Source: Candidatus Omnitrophota bacterium (lineage in GTDB: Bacteria > Omnitrophota > Gorgyraeia > Gygaellales > Profunditerraquicolaceae). Taken from it: 64,000 nt of DNA. Location of the stretch: contig JAKPTF010000009.1 of the NCBI GenBank assembly GCA_029571225.1, forward strand, positions 26,925 through 90,924, in the 5' to 3' direction. Made by a program: the position numbers and the translations under genes. A model generated the notes under the pieces. It did not search any database. It was not told the origin of the DNA and saw only the letters and a list, made by a program, of their open reading frames with translations. Positions 18,610 through 28,413 of the stretch are shown here, in pieces; the stretch's first letter is position 1; each line of letters starts with the position of its first letter.

Positions 18610-19037
18610 ACTCCCCGCCTTCTTTTTGCACCTCCGGATTTCTTCTCCTGCGCCTTGATCCTGTGCCAGTTCGCGATGATCTCTCTGGTGGAGCCCACGC
18701 GTTCGTTACCGAAAACGTGCGGGTGGCGGCGTTTGATCTTCCTGATAAGGCCGTCGATGACATCCTCGATATCAAATTTTTTTGACTTTGCCGCGATCTT
18801 GGCCTGGAACATCACATGTAAGAGAATATCGCCGATCTCCTCTCGCATATGAGGATAATCCTCCTGTTTGACCGCTTCGACGAACTCATCTACCTCTTCC
18901 TGCAGGTCCTTCAGAAGGGAGGCATGCGTCTGTTCTTTGTCCCACATGCAACCGCGCGGGCCGTGCAGCATGTCGTATATTTTTTTGAGCTCTGTGAATT
19001 TTGTTTTATTCCCGGTTTTTTTCGTCATTAATCTCAT
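18606..19037 (-). CDS. mazG: MazG-type nucleoside triphosphate pyrophosphohydrolase (single domain)
   Basis: 143 aa. CMWDKEQTHASLLKDLQEEVDEFVEA...EEIGDILLHV...RRHPHVF. Confidence 0.8.
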   Translation of the reverse strand: MRLMTKKTGNKTKFTELKKIYDMLHGPRGCMWDKEQTHASLLKDLQEEVDEFVEAVKQEDYPHMREEIGDILLHVMFQAKIAAKSKKFDIEDVIDGLIRKIKRRHPHVFGNERVGSTREIIANWHRIKAQEKKSGGAKRRRGV

Positions 19038-19866
19038 ATCCTTTCGCGATCAGATACCCTTTCGCGCGTTCCATATGCGGATATCGGGCAACGAGGCCCC
19101 AGAAATCCGCCCCGTGGCCGTGATGGACGAGATGCGCCAGCTCATGCACTATCACGTAATCCCGCACCCAGGCAGGCATGAACGCCACGTGGTGCGCTAT
19201 GCGGATCCTCCCGCGGCCGTAGTCGCAGCAGCCGAACTGGGCGTTCTGGTCAGTAACATATTCTATAGAATCGTACGCCAGTTTACCAGCAAAATATTTG
19301 CGGTTCAGCTCTGCGGCGCGGCGGGCAAGCGAATCGTCGCCGTTAAGCTGTTTTTTAAGGAGCTTCTTTTCGATCCGCGCTGTGAATTCTCTGACTATCG
19401 AGCGCAGATCCTGATCGGATATGCGTTGAGGGACACGCACATAAAGCGTGTCCCGGATCATTCTGGCGCTCGCGCTGCGGGACCTCCTTCGCGTTCGGAT
19501 CACTTTCACCTCCTTGATCCCCGGCTGTCTGCGCGGCGGGAAATGGAGCGCGAGCCACACGGTCCTCTCTGCAGGATCGGTCCATTCGACCCTGTGGCGG
19601 CACCCTGCGGGGATGATGATGTAGTCCCCGGGAATAAGCTCCGTATCGGACTTTTCGTCCGGAAACTTCAAACGGGCTTTGCCGGACAATAGCGCCACCC
19701 ACTCGTCATTGTCCTGCTGGAGCCACTGGCCTGCGGGGGTTGCCTGTCCCAGTGAAACGATCCTTTCTAATTTGACCCCGGGCGCGGAAATGAGCCGGCT
19801 GAATGATTCATTGATTGAACAATCGGCAGGATCGCTGAAAAGGTTATGCTTGGCGGGATATGACAT
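19006..19866 (-). CDS. cupin domain fused to DUF45/YgjP-like HExxH metallohydrolase
   Basis: The N-terminal ~110 aa is cupin-like (LIPGDYIIIPAGCRHRVEW). The C-terminal part has VRDYVIVHELAHLVHHGH and the DUF45 pattern. There is no stop codon between the halves. Confidence 0.65.
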   Translation of the reverse strand: MSYPAKHNLFSDPADCSINESFSRLISAPGVKLERIVSLGQATPAGQWLQQDNDEWVALLSGKARLKFPDEKSDTELIPGDYIIIPAGCRHRVEWTDPAERTVWLALHFPPRRQPGIKEVKVIRTRRRSRSASARMIRDTLYVRVPQRISDQDLRSIVREFTARIEKKLLKKQLNGDDSLARRAAELNRKYFAGKLAYDSIEYVTDQNAQFGCCDYGRGRIRIAHHVAFMPAWVRDYVIVHELAHLVHHGHGADFWGLVARYPHMERAKGYLIAKGYEINDEKNRE

Positions 19867-19872
19867 TGCGGG

Positions 19873-20175
19873 TCACTCTGTTTCTGCCTCTACGGCCAGG
19901 ACAAACGCCTTGATACCTTCTTTGCCCAGCGTCGCGTGCAGTTTTTGCACATGCTCCATCAACTTCTTTGCCTCCGAATCGGTACAACATACCATCAGCA
20001 GATTATTGCGTCCGGGCCATATATCGTCTCCGAGATGAGTCCCGGAAGTTTTGCCCTTGCCGAATACCGCAGGGATCTTTGTGTAAGAATCAAGCGCACA
20101 CGATGCTTCAAGCGCTTCCATAACCTCTGCGTCGATAGCCTCGTTATAAGCGATCATCACCATTTTGTTAGTCAT
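19873..20175 (-). CDS. small P-II-like (GlnB-fold) protein, last gene of the RND efflux operon
   Basis: 100 aa. Beta-alpha-beta pattern with a T-loop-like segment VFGKGKTSGTHLGDDIWPG. 4-nt overlap with the RND gene. Confidence 0.45.
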   Translation of the reverse strand: MTNKMVMIAYNEAIDAEVMEALEASCALDSYTKIPAVFGKGKTSGTHLGDDIWPGRNNLLMVCCTDSEAKKLMEHVQKLHATLGKEGIKAFVLAVEAETE

Positions 20176-23100
20176 GCCGCCGCCTCCCCGGGTTTATCGC
20201 ATATCCGCACCTTCACTTTGCCCGCCTCCTTGCGATGGAAAACCGCATACAGTGTCGGTACAAAAAGCATGGTGATAAATGTGGACACGGTAAGGCCTCC
20301 GACCATGCTGATGCCGATCGGCTGCCAGGTTTCCGATCCCTCCCCCCGGGATATCGCCATGGGAAGCAGGCCTACCAGCGTCGTGATGGTGGTCATTAAA
20401 ACAGGCCGCAGGCGATCCTTGCCGCCTTTGGTGACCGCGTCATACAGCGAGTTGCCCCGCGCGCGCAGGATATTGATGTAGCTTATCAGCACAATGGCGT
20501 TGTTAACGACGATGCCCATGAGCATTACCATACCCAGGAATGACAGCACGTTCAACGTCATTCCCGTTACCACAAACGCCCAGATGACGCCGGTGAACGT
20601 GAACGGGATGGAGAACATGATAATGAAAGGGTCCAGCAGCGACTCAAACTGAGCCGCGATGACCATGTATACAAGGATGATGCCCAATGACAGAAGGATG
20701 ATAAGGTCGGCAAAGGCCTTTTTCTGCTCTTCAGCTTCCCCGCCGTAATTGATGATGATATCTGAAGGTACGGCAAGCTTCGCCATTTCCTTCCGTATAT
20801 CCTCCATGATTTTGCCGCTCGAGCGGTTGAGCGTATTCGCTTCAACCTTAACGATGCGCTCGCGGTTTTTGCGGTCTACGGACAAGGGTCCGGTTGTTTC
20901 GTATACGCGTGCGAAACTGGAAAGTTTTATCTGTTTGCCGGTAACCGGTGATGTAAGCATCAGGTTCTCCACATCCTCCAGCCTTGTCCGGGATGATTCG
21001 GCGAGCCGGACATAAATATCGTACGTGCGGCCTTTTTCCCGGTATTTTGTCGCGCTCGACCCTTCGATATATGTCTTGACGCTGCGTGCGACGGACGCCA
21101 TGTTCAACCCCAGGCTTGCGGCCCGTTCGCGGTCCACAGCGATCCTGATCTCAGGCCTGTTGGCATCGCGCGAGATCGCCACATCCACTGCGCCCGGAAC
21201 GGCCTCGACTATCTTCTTGACCTTCTCGGCCAGCATGTTGGTATCTTCGAAGGAATTACCGATGATTTCTATCTGGATGGGCTTGCCTCCGCCGCCCAGG
21301 ATCATCCGGCTTACCATGCTGCCCGTCGAAACGTCCGCCTTATCGACTCCCGGGATTTTACGTATCTGCGAGCGGATATCCTGGCCCACCGCCTTGTCCG
21401 ATCGCGCGCGCTCCGTCTTGGGGACCAGTTTCAGCCCCGCGTAGATCACATGCGAGCCTGATGCCTGGCCCGTGACCCTTCCTATGCCCTGGACCTGGCC
21501 GCTGCGCACATAGCTGAATTTTCTTTCTTTGACCGTATCAAATATGTCTTCTATCTTCCTGGCCACCTTGTCAGACTCCTCCATCCGTGTGCCGATCGGC
21601 AGCTTTATAGAGATCTGGAGGTCGCCGGTGTCTTCCTGCGGGATAAACTCGTTGCCGACAAATCTCGTCAATATGAGCGTCGCGAAAAAAACTCCCGCAA
21701 AGATACCCACCACCGATTTCTTGTGGTTCAGGCACACGGCGAGCGCTTTTTCATATATATTTTCGAGGCTGACAATAATCTTCTCGATCGCGTTATAAAC
21801 GGCCGCCAGAATTTTGTTTTTTCTCCGTGCCGTTGACTGGGTGGAAGATTTAAGCCATTTGGAACAGAGCATGGGGCTGAACGTCGCGGCCGTGAATAAT
21901 GAGGCGATCAACGTCGCCGTGATGATAGCCGCCAGTTCCGAAAACATGACGCCCACCACCCCGCTAATAAAGAACATGGGCAGAAAAACAACTATCGTGG
22001 TCAACGTTGACGCCGCGATGGACAAAAACATTTCCGATGTGCCGAATATTGCCGCTTCGACCGGCCGCTGGCCTCGTTCCAGTTTACGGAACACGTTATC
22101 CACTACGACAATGGCGTTATCCACGACCATGCCAGATGCTATGGCCATGGAAGAAAGGCTTATAACGTTAATGGTCCTGCCGCTCAAAAACAGGTACAGG
22201 AACGTGATCAGAAGTGAAAACGGAATCGTCAATGCTATGATCATGCTCGGCAAGAATTGCCGCAGGAAGAACCATACGACGAGGATTACCAGGGCAATGG
22301 CGAGCCACAACGAATTGCCCAGTGTTTTTAAAGACAGGATGATATCCTCGGATGTGTCGAAAACGAGGTTCGCCTCCACGTCCGTCGGCATGGTCTTCAT
22401 CAATTCGTCGAACTTCTTCTGGACGCGCCTTGCGACCTCAACCGTATTGGTCCCGGTCTGCTTCTGCACCATCATGGTCAAACCCTGCTTCCGGTCGATG
22501 CGCACGATCGACGTAACCTCCTTGAAGGCGTCCTCGATACGGGCGACATCCCGCAGGTATATCACCTTGCCCTGGCGCGTTCCCAGTATCACGGAATTAA
22601 TCTCTTCGGGTGTCGCGAACTCGCCCGGCAACCGAAGCAGATAATCCGTCATGCCGGTTTTTAGATTTCCTACGGGCAGGGTAACATTCTCCCGTTCCAG
22701 CGCCGCCTGTATGTCCCCCGGGGAAAAGCCGTACCCCTCGAGTTTGTCGCGGTCCAGCCAGATATTGATCTGGCGTTCAAGGCCTCCGTTAAGCTGCACC
22801 GTGCCGACGCCGGCAAGCTGCTTCAATGGGTCGCATATCCTGCGGTCAACCAGATCGTAAAGCTGCGCATAACTCCGTCCGGCCTTGAAGCCGTACACGG
22901 CAATAGGCATATTCGCCGTATTGAATTTCCACAGGAACGGGGTCGATATTTCGTCAGGGATATCGGGCAGAGACGGCTTTGCCTGATCGATGCGGTCCCG
23001 AACGTCGTTCGATGCCTCGTCGACATTCGTGCCCCATTTGAAAATAAGCGTGACCATGGATATGCCTTCGGAGGAGGAGGAAGTGATCTTGTCGAGGCCG

Positions 23101-23324
23101 GGGGTGATAGCCAGCTGGTTTTCCAGCGGTTCGGTAACTTTGATCTCTACGTCCTCGGGGCTCGCGCCCGGATACGCGGTGATGACCGATATAGCCGGGG
23201 TTTCGATCGTCGGCATCATATCCACGCCCAGCCGCGACATGGCGTACAAGGACACGATGATCAGCGACAGAAAGATCATTAGATTTGTTATTGGCCTTCT
23301 AACGCCGAATTCCGCAAGGCTCAT
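20172..23324 (-). CDS. RND efflux transporter permease (AcrB/CzcA superfamily)
   Basis: 1050 aa. 12-TM/two large periplasmic loops architecture. The N-terminus MSLAEFGVRRPITNLMIFL is typical of the family. Confidence 0.9.
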   Translation of the reverse strand: MSLAEFGVRRPITNLMIFLSLIIVSLYAMSRLGVDMMPTIETPAISVITAYPGASPEDVEIKVTEPLENQLAITPGLDKITSSSSEGISMVTLIFKWGTNVDEASNDVRDRIDQAKPSLPDIPDEISTPFLWKFNTANMPIAVYGFKAGRSYAQLYDLVDRRICDPLKQLAGVGTVQLNGGLERQINIWLDRDKLEGYGFSPGDIQAALERENVTLPVGNLKTGMTDYLLRLPGEFATPEEINSVILGTRQGKVIYLRDVARIEDAFKEVTSIVRIDRKQGLTMMVQKQTGTNTVEVARRVQKKFDELMKTMPTDVEANLVFDTSEDIILSLKTLGNSLWLAIALVILVVWFFLRQFLPSMIIALTIPFSLLITFLYLFLSGRTINVISLSSMAIASGMVVDNAIVVVDNVFRKLERGQRPVEAAIFGTSEMFLSIAASTLTTIVVFLPMFFISGVVGVMFSELAAIITATLIASLFTAATFSPMLCSKWLKSSTQSTARRKNKILAAVYNAIEKIIVSLENIYEKALAVCLNHKKSVVGIFAGVFFATLILTRFVGNEFIPQEDTGDLQISIKLPIGTRMEESDKVARKIEDIFDTVKERKFSYVRSGQVQGIGRVTGQASGSHVIYAGLKLVPKTERARSDKAVGQDIRSQIRKIPGVDKADVSTGSMVSRMILGGGGKPIQIEIIGNSFEDTNMLAEKVKKIVEAVPGAVDVAISRDANRPEIRIAVDRERAASLGLNMASVARSVKTYIEGSSATKYREKGRTYDIYVRLAESSRTRLEDVENLMLTSPVTGKQIKLSSFARVYETTGPLSVDRKNRERIVKVEANTLNRSSGKIMEDIRKEMAKLAVPSDIIINYGGEAEEQKKAFADLIILLSLGIILVYMVIAAQFESLLDPFIIMFSIPFTFTGVIWAFVVTGMTLNVLSFLGMVMLMGIVVNNAIVLISYINILRARGNSLYDAVTKGGKDRLRPVLMTTITTLVGLLPMAISRGEGSETWQPIGISMVGGLTVSTFITMLFVPTLYAVFHRKEAGKVKVRICDKPGEAAA

Positions 23325-23335
23325 TTCATATCCTT

Positions 23336-24241
23336 TTAGTTCTGACCGTTCTCTTCAACAATGACAGATACGCCTTCACGCAAGCGCTGCTGGCCCATAA
23401 TAACCACTCTGTCCCCGGCAGCAAGGCCTTGCGTGACCTGCACGTAGGGGCCCTGACGCGCGCCTGTTTGTATCTCCCGCACAGCCGCCTTCTGATCTAT
23501 GACCACAAAGACGTAGCGCTGCGGCTCTTTGCCCATGATCGCCTCTTTTAAAACGACGAGCGCGTCCTTGTATGTGCGGATGACGATCTTTACCTTGGCA
23601 TACATGCCCGAGCGCAGTTTATGTTCCCTGTTATCGATGGCGATCTCGATCTGGCATGTGCGCGTGGCGGTATCCACGATCGGGCTAATGCGCGTGATAA
23701 CCCCGCGGAACATCTCGTCCGGATACGCCTCGACCCTCACGGCAGCTGGCATGTTGAGGGAAAGGCTGGGCAGATATTTTTCAGGCACATCAAGAAACAC
23801 CTTGACCCTGTCCATATTGACGACGAGTGCCACGGCAGACTGCGGGGATACATTCGTGCCGATGTCCACAAGAACCCTGCCCACGATACCGGATATGGGG
23901 CTTTCGACTGCGGCTTTTTCGAACGTCAGTCCGATTTCGTCCCTGTCGATAAAGGCAATGGCCTGTCCTTTTTCAACAGCATCGCCTTCCTGTTTGACCT
24001 TCTCAATGATCTTACCGGTCACCCTGGGATAAACAAGCGTCTCTTCCTGGGCTTTCACGTTGGCCACATAATCAAGATATTCCTCAACGTCCTGCGCTTT
24101 CACCGTAACGACCTTGACCGGAACCGCGTCGTCCCCGGCACGCCCTGGGATAGAGGCCTGTTTCTTCTGACAGCCGCACACAAGCATGACCGCAGCTGCA
24201 ATAACGATCAGCCCGAGCCTGTACAGACGGGACTTCTTCAT
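23336..24241 (-). CDS. RND efflux periplasmic adaptor (membrane fusion protein)
   Basis: 301 aa. Lipobox MLVCGC. Barrel-sandwich/lipoyl pattern PRVTGKIIEKVKQEGDAVEKGQAIAFID...SPISGIVG. Confidence 0.85.
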   Translation of the reverse strand: MKKSRLYRLGLIVIAAAVMLVCGCQKKQASIPGRAGDDAVPVKVVTVKAQDVEEYLDYVANVKAQEETLVYPRVTGKIIEKVKQEGDAVEKGQAIAFIDRDEIGLTFEKAAVESPISGIVGRVLVDIGTNVSPQSAVALVVNMDRVKVFLDVPEKYLPSLSLNMPAAVRVEAYPDEMFRGVITRISPIVDTATRTCQIEIAIDNREHKLRSGMYAKVKIVIRTYKDALVVLKEAIMGKEPQRYVFVVIDQKAAVREIQTGARQGPYVQVTQGLAAGDRVVIMGQQRLREGVSVIVEENGQN

Positions 24242-25503
24242 TATATACCTCCTGTCGCGTGATCAAAACGGGCCTGGGCGATCTTATAATCATAGATCGC
24301 CTGGCTCTGGTTAAAAAGCGAGACCGAATAGCTTAACAGCGCATCGCGCAGGTCCAGCAAGCTTGCGATGCCGCTTTCGAACTTTTTCCTAACAACCTCC
24401 GACGCATCCTTATATACCGCCGCTTCATCCGCGGCTGATTTCATCTTAGCTATGGAATCCTTCAGGTCCAGATACGCTGTCTTTACGTCAAGGGCGATAT
24501 CCTTGCCGGCCTTCTCACGCAAAATCTCAGCCTCTTTCAGGTCGATGACCGCTTTCTCGATTTTTGCCCTGGTAAGCCATCCGTCAAAAACCGGCCATGA
24601 TACGGTAATGCCTATAATATTATAATCATTCGGGTTTTTAGCCGTGCCGCTGAGCGCCGTGGAACGCGCATAATAATCCCATGAGGCGTAAATTGTCGGG
24701 CGAGTTCCCGCCTTTGCGGCTTCCATATTCTTGAGCGCCGCGGACCGCTGCGCTTCTATCTGTCTTATCTCAGGCCGCGACTCCATCGCCTTCAGGAAAG
24801 CCGTGTCGTACGCCAGCTCCCGGGGCTCGTAGATGAATTTCGCAGCGGGCGTTATTTTTATCTCATTATCGAGATAGAGAAGATTCCGAAGCATGGCCGC
24901 GGCTGCCTCCGCCTGCGACTGCGCTGCCGTATAGGCCCGGGTAACGCCGCTTAACGAAGACTCGATCCTCAGGATATCCGACTCTGAAGCCTGGCCGGCT
25001 TTATATCTTGCCCGGGCAGCGTCTATATGTTCCTTCGTATTGTCGAGTATGCCTTTGTTGAGCGAGACGAGTTCATTGCCCAGCATCAGCGCATAAAACG
25101 CCTGCTTCACGCTCAAGACGAGGTCCTGTTTAGCCTTATCGAGCGCGGCCTCGGATGCGGTATATGCGTACTCGCCTGCTTTGATCGCATTGATGATCTT
25201 CCCGCCCGCATACAGGGTTTGTTTTACCTGGGCCTGACCAGCAAACGCGGAAACATCTTTGGAATAGAGCCCCCGCGTATCAGACCAGCCGCCGGAAACA
25301 TTGAGCGCCGGGAAAAGAGACGCGCGCGCTTCCAAAATCGCGGCTTTCGCTTTCTTCGCCTCTTCGGCCTTCAGCATTACGTTGCGGTTATCTCGCAGCG
25401 CAAGCGATACCGCGTCATCCAGCGTTAAAGATAGCTCCTGCGCGCTGCATACAAACGGCACGGCCGAAAGGATGATTGCAAGAACAAAGGTTATTTTTTT
25501 CAT
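24241..25503 (-). CDS. TolC family outer-membrane efflux protein
   Basis: 420 aa. Signal peptide, LTLDDAVSLALRDNRNV, two repeated coiled-coil halves. Confidence 0.85.
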   Translation of the reverse strand: MKKITFVLAIILSAVPFVCSAQELSLTLDDAVSLALRDNRNVMLKAEEAKKAKAAILEARASLFPALNVSGGWSDTRGLYSKDVSAFAGQAQVKQTLYAGGKIINAIKAGEYAYTASEAALDKAKQDLVLSVKQAFYALMLGNELVSLNKGILDNTKEHIDAARARYKAGQASESDILRIESSLSGVTRAYTAAQSQAEAAAAMLRNLLYLDNEIKITPAAKFIYEPRELAYDTAFLKAMESRPEIRQIEAQRSAALKNMEAAKAGTRPTIYASWDYYARSTALSGTAKNPNDYNIIGITVSWPVFDGWLTRAKIEKAVIDLKEAEILREKAGKDIALDVKTAYLDLKDSIAKMKSAADEAAVYKDASEVVRKKFESGIASLLDLRDALLSYSVSLFNQSQAIYDYKIAQARFDHATGGI

Positions 25504-25970
25504 TATCCGCCCCCGGCTGCCGCTGACGATTCCTGCGCCAGGATATCCTTGAGGCGGGTCAATACCCGCAGATAATCTTCCCTGTCCTTCGCCGAAAGCT
25601 TACTGAAAACTTCCTTGATGCGAGCGACCTTGTGCACAAGGAGCTTCTTAACAAGCTCCAGCCCCTTATCGGTGAGCCGCACCCTGATGATCCTTCTATC
25701 CGCCGGATCATACATGCGCGACACGTAATCGGCCTTGACGAGCCTGTCCACGATGCCCGTTGCCGCTGCGGTCGTCACGCTTAAATAACATGCGACATCG
25801 GTCATACGCAGCTCCGTCATCTTATTCAGGTATATTAGTGTAAAGATCTGCGGAGGCGTCAACGTGCCTCTGGTCAGCTCATTGATCTCACGCTTCCAGA
25901 GTCCCCGGATCACCTCCGGCATGACCTCTATAAGATTTCTGGCATAATCGGTCAGGGATGCGCTCTCCAT
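25503..25970 (-). CDS. MarR family transcriptional regulator
   Basis: 155 aa. Winged-helix segment LTPPQIFTLIYLNKMTELRMTDVACYLSVTTAAATGIVDRLVKADYVSR...DRRIIRVRLTDKG. First gene of the efflux operon. Confidence 0.85.
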   Translation of the reverse strand: MESASLTDYARNLIEVMPEVIRGLWKREINELTRGTLTPPQIFTLIYLNKMTELRMTDVACYLSVTTAAATGIVDRLVKADYVSRMYDPADRRIIRVRLTDKGLELVKKLLVHKVARIKEVFSKLSAKDREDYLRVLTRLKDILAQESSAAAGGG

Positions 25971-26018
25971 GGCCCGCTCTCTTGATAATTAATTATATTA
26001 ACTATTATTACCATTAAA

Positions 26019-26047
26019 TATATAGCATATTAATAATATTCTGTCAA
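26019..26047 (-). promoter_or_regulatory. sigma70-like promoter of the marR-efflux operon with palindromic operator candidate in the spacer
   Basis: Minus strand reads TTGACA, 17 nt, TATATA. The spacer contains the perfect palindrome ATATTAATAATAT (26027..26039). A second inverted repeat TTAAT-TAT-ATTAA lies at 25989..26001. Confidence 0.55.
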
Positions 26048-26091
26048 GGGTTATTACGGGGGAGCTGAGGACGGTGGCGACTGAGAAAATG

Positions 26092-26376
26092 TCAGTAAAC
26101 CGCTTCCAGGGAAAATTCGCAGTGCTGGATCTTGGCCATAATGTCTTTATGCACGCCTTCAACAAGGACCTCGAACGGTTTGGTTGTCTTAGCGTTGAAA
26201 CCGTGCACTTTCAGGACACCGCCGCCAAGGCATTCCTGGCCGGCATACAGCTTGATACGGAAAACCGCGGTGTGGAAATTTTTGGCGCTCTCATTGCGCA
26301 TCTCCCCTGTCACGACAATCCATTGCTCAACCGGATGGGCCTTATATTTGATATTATAATAGGAATAGCTGATCAT
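26092..26376 (-). CDS. small beta-rich hypothetical protein (FxLYD-domain-like pattern)
   Basis: 94 aa. ATGA overlap with the dusB stop supports translation. VVTGEMRNESAKNFHTAVFRIKLYAGQECLGGG...KPFEVLVEG resembles FxLYD-type small beta-sandwich proteins. The antisense 116-aa ORF was rejected. Confidence 0.5.
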   Translation of the reverse strand: MISYSYYNIKYKAHPVEQWIVVTGEMRNESAKNFHTAVFRIKLYAGQECLGGGVLKVHGFNAKTTKPFEVLVEGVHKDIMAKIQHCEFSLEAVY

Positions 26377-27428
26377 GCTGCATCCCTAGCAAGGGCATCT
26401 GCCAGGCGCATGCCGATCTGCTGACCGTCCTTTGACTTGGAATCGGGCCTGGCAGTGCTCCTGAATTCCTCTATGACCTTCTGCATCTGCTCGACCGTCC
26501 TGGCGCTTGTCGCGTGCTGGCGCAGATGGCGCACGCTGTGATGGCCCCAGGTGTACCAGATGAAGAACTTGCGGAACGATACCACCCCGGTCCTTTCGCC
26601 GTGGAAGCCGACGCATAAACGAAGATGTTCATGCATGACGTCCGAGATGTCGCCGACGGCCGGCCGAGGAGGCAGGCTGCCGTGCTCGAAATATTCCTCC
26701 ATCTCCCGGAATATCCAGGGATTGCCCAGGGCGCCGCGGGCTACAAGCACGGCATCGCACCCGGTGTCGTCGATCATTGCGCGGGCACGCCGCGGCGTGA
26801 AGATATCGCCGCTTGCGATCACGGGTATCGAAACGGACTTTTTTACCGAGGCAATGGCGCAATGGTCAACGGCCCCGCCGTATCCCTGCTGTTTGGTCCT
26901 GCCATGCACGAACACCGCGCACGCGCCGGCGTCCTGAATGCGTTGTGCAACTTCGGATGCATTGATCGACTGGCTGTCCCAGCCAGTGCGAATCTTGACC
27001 GTAACCGGGACTTTTGAGAGTTTGACCACGAGCGCTACAAGTTTCTGCAGTTTGACGGGATCCTTTAAAAGGCTTGCTCCTTCGCCGCGGCGCGTGACCT
27101 TGCGCTCGGGGCAAGCGGCATTGAAATCTAGGATATCAAAAACATGCGCGGACAGGATATCCATGCCCCTGCGGATAAAGTCCGGTTCGCATCCGAGCAG
27201 CTGCACGCCCAAAGGCCTGTCCTCCGGCCCGCTTGCAAGCATCTGCCCGGTCTTGACGCTTTTATAGCCGAGGCACCGGGCGTTAATCATCTCTACGAAC
27301 GCACATTCGCACCCGAATGAGCGGTTGAGCATCCGGAAAGGCAGATCGCTGATGCCGGCCATGGGAGCAAGTATCCAGCGTGAGGATAGTCTGACAGTGC
27401 CGATCTTCAATATCACAGGTTTTTTCAA
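26373..27428 (-). CDS. dusB: tRNA-dihydrouridine synthase
   Basis: 351 aa. LAPMAGISDLPFR, catalytic Cys context FNAACP, FVHGRT, and a C-terminal helical domain. Confidence 0.85.
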   Translation of the reverse strand: MKKPVILKIGTVRLSSRWILAPMAGISDLPFRMLNRSFGCECAFVEMINARCLGYKSVKTGQMLASGPEDRPLGVQLLGCEPDFIRRGMDILSAHVFDILDFNAACPERKVTRRGEGASLLKDPVKLQKLVALVVKLSKVPVTVKIRTGWDSQSINASEVAQRIQDAGACAVFVHGRTKQQGYGGAVDHCAIASVKKSVSIPVIASGDIFTPRRARAMIDDTGCDAVLVARGALGNPWIFREMEEYFEHGSLPPRPAVGDISDVMHEHLRLCVGFHGERTGVVSFRKFFIWYTWGHHSVRHLRQHATSARTVEQMQKVIEEFRSTARPDSKSKDGQQIGMRLADALARDAA

Positions 27429-27454
27429 GGGGGCAATGGTGAGACGGGTGAGTG

Positions 27455-28402
27455 TTAAGAAAAACTTCCGATGCTCCGGTACTTCCGGTATCGCATTTTC
27501 AAAAGGTCTTCTTTGTTAAGCGCCATCAATTGAGAAAGGTTGCGCGCCACAGTCTCTTTCAGGTTCCTGAACATCTGCTGATAGTCGCGATGGGCTCCGC
27601 CCAGAGGCTCGGGGACCACCTCGTCGATGATGCCCAGTTTAAGCAATTGATGGGCGTTGAGCTTCAGGACCTCTGCCGCCTCAGGGGCTTTTGCGGAGCT
27701 CTTCCAGAGTATAGCTGCGCAGCCTTCCGGCGAGATGACCGAATAATACGCGTTCTCCAATACGCATACCCGGTCAGCCACGCCGATACCCAGAGCCCCT
27801 CCCGAGCCTCCCTCGCCGATGACCGTGGCAACGATCGGGACGCCGATCGTTGTCATTTCGCGCAGGTTCAACGCGATCGCCTGGGCCTGGCCGCGTTCTT
27901 CGGCCCCGATGCCCGGATACGCGCCCGGCGTATCTATGAAGATCACGATGGGAATATCGAACTTCTCGGCCATCTGCATAAGCCGCAGCGCCTTGCGGTA
28001 TCCTTCGGGATGAGCGCAGCCGAAATTGCGCTTGAGATTCTCCTTAATATCCCGCCCTTTCTGGTGGCCCATGACCATGACCTTGACGCCGTCGAGCCGG
28101 GCGAGCCCTCCGATGAGCGCCTTATCGTCGGAAAATGCCCGGTCGCCGTGCAATTCGACAAAATCCGTCATGAGGGCCCCGATATAATCGCTTGTGTACG
28201 GGCGCTGTGGATGTCGGGCGATGAGCACACGCTGCCACGGCGTGAGGTTGGAGTAAATCTCCTTTTCCTGCGCCGCGCGCTTCTCCTCCAGGTTCCTGAT
28301 CTCAGCGGACAGATCGACCTTCTTTTCCGCGGAGTATTTTTTATGTTCCTGGATCAGCTTATCGAGCTCGATAAGAGGTTTTTCGAAATCGAATCCTGCC
28401 AT
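27455..28402 (-). CDS. accA: acetyl-CoA carboxylase carboxyltransferase subunit alpha
   Basis: Start set at MAGFDFEKP (28402). FIDTPGAYPGIGAEERGQAQAIA and GEGGSGGALG motifs. Confidence 0.92.
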   Translation of the reverse strand: MAGFDFEKPLIELDKLIQEHKKYSAEKKVDLSAEIRNLEEKRAAQEKEIYSNLTPWQRVLIARHPQRPYTSDYIGALMTDFVELHGDRAFSDDKALIGGLARLDGVKVMVMGHQKGRDIKENLKRNFGCAHPEGYRKALRLMQMAEKFDIPIVIFIDTPGAYPGIGAEERGQAQAIALNLREMTTIGVPIVATVIGEGGSGGALGIGVADRVCVLENAYYSVISPEGCAAILWKSSAKAPEAAEVLKLNAHQLLKLGIIDEVVPEPLGGAHRDYQQMFRNLKETVARNLSQLMALNKEDLLKMRYRKYRSIGSFS

Positions 28403-28413
28403 GGCCGCTCCTC

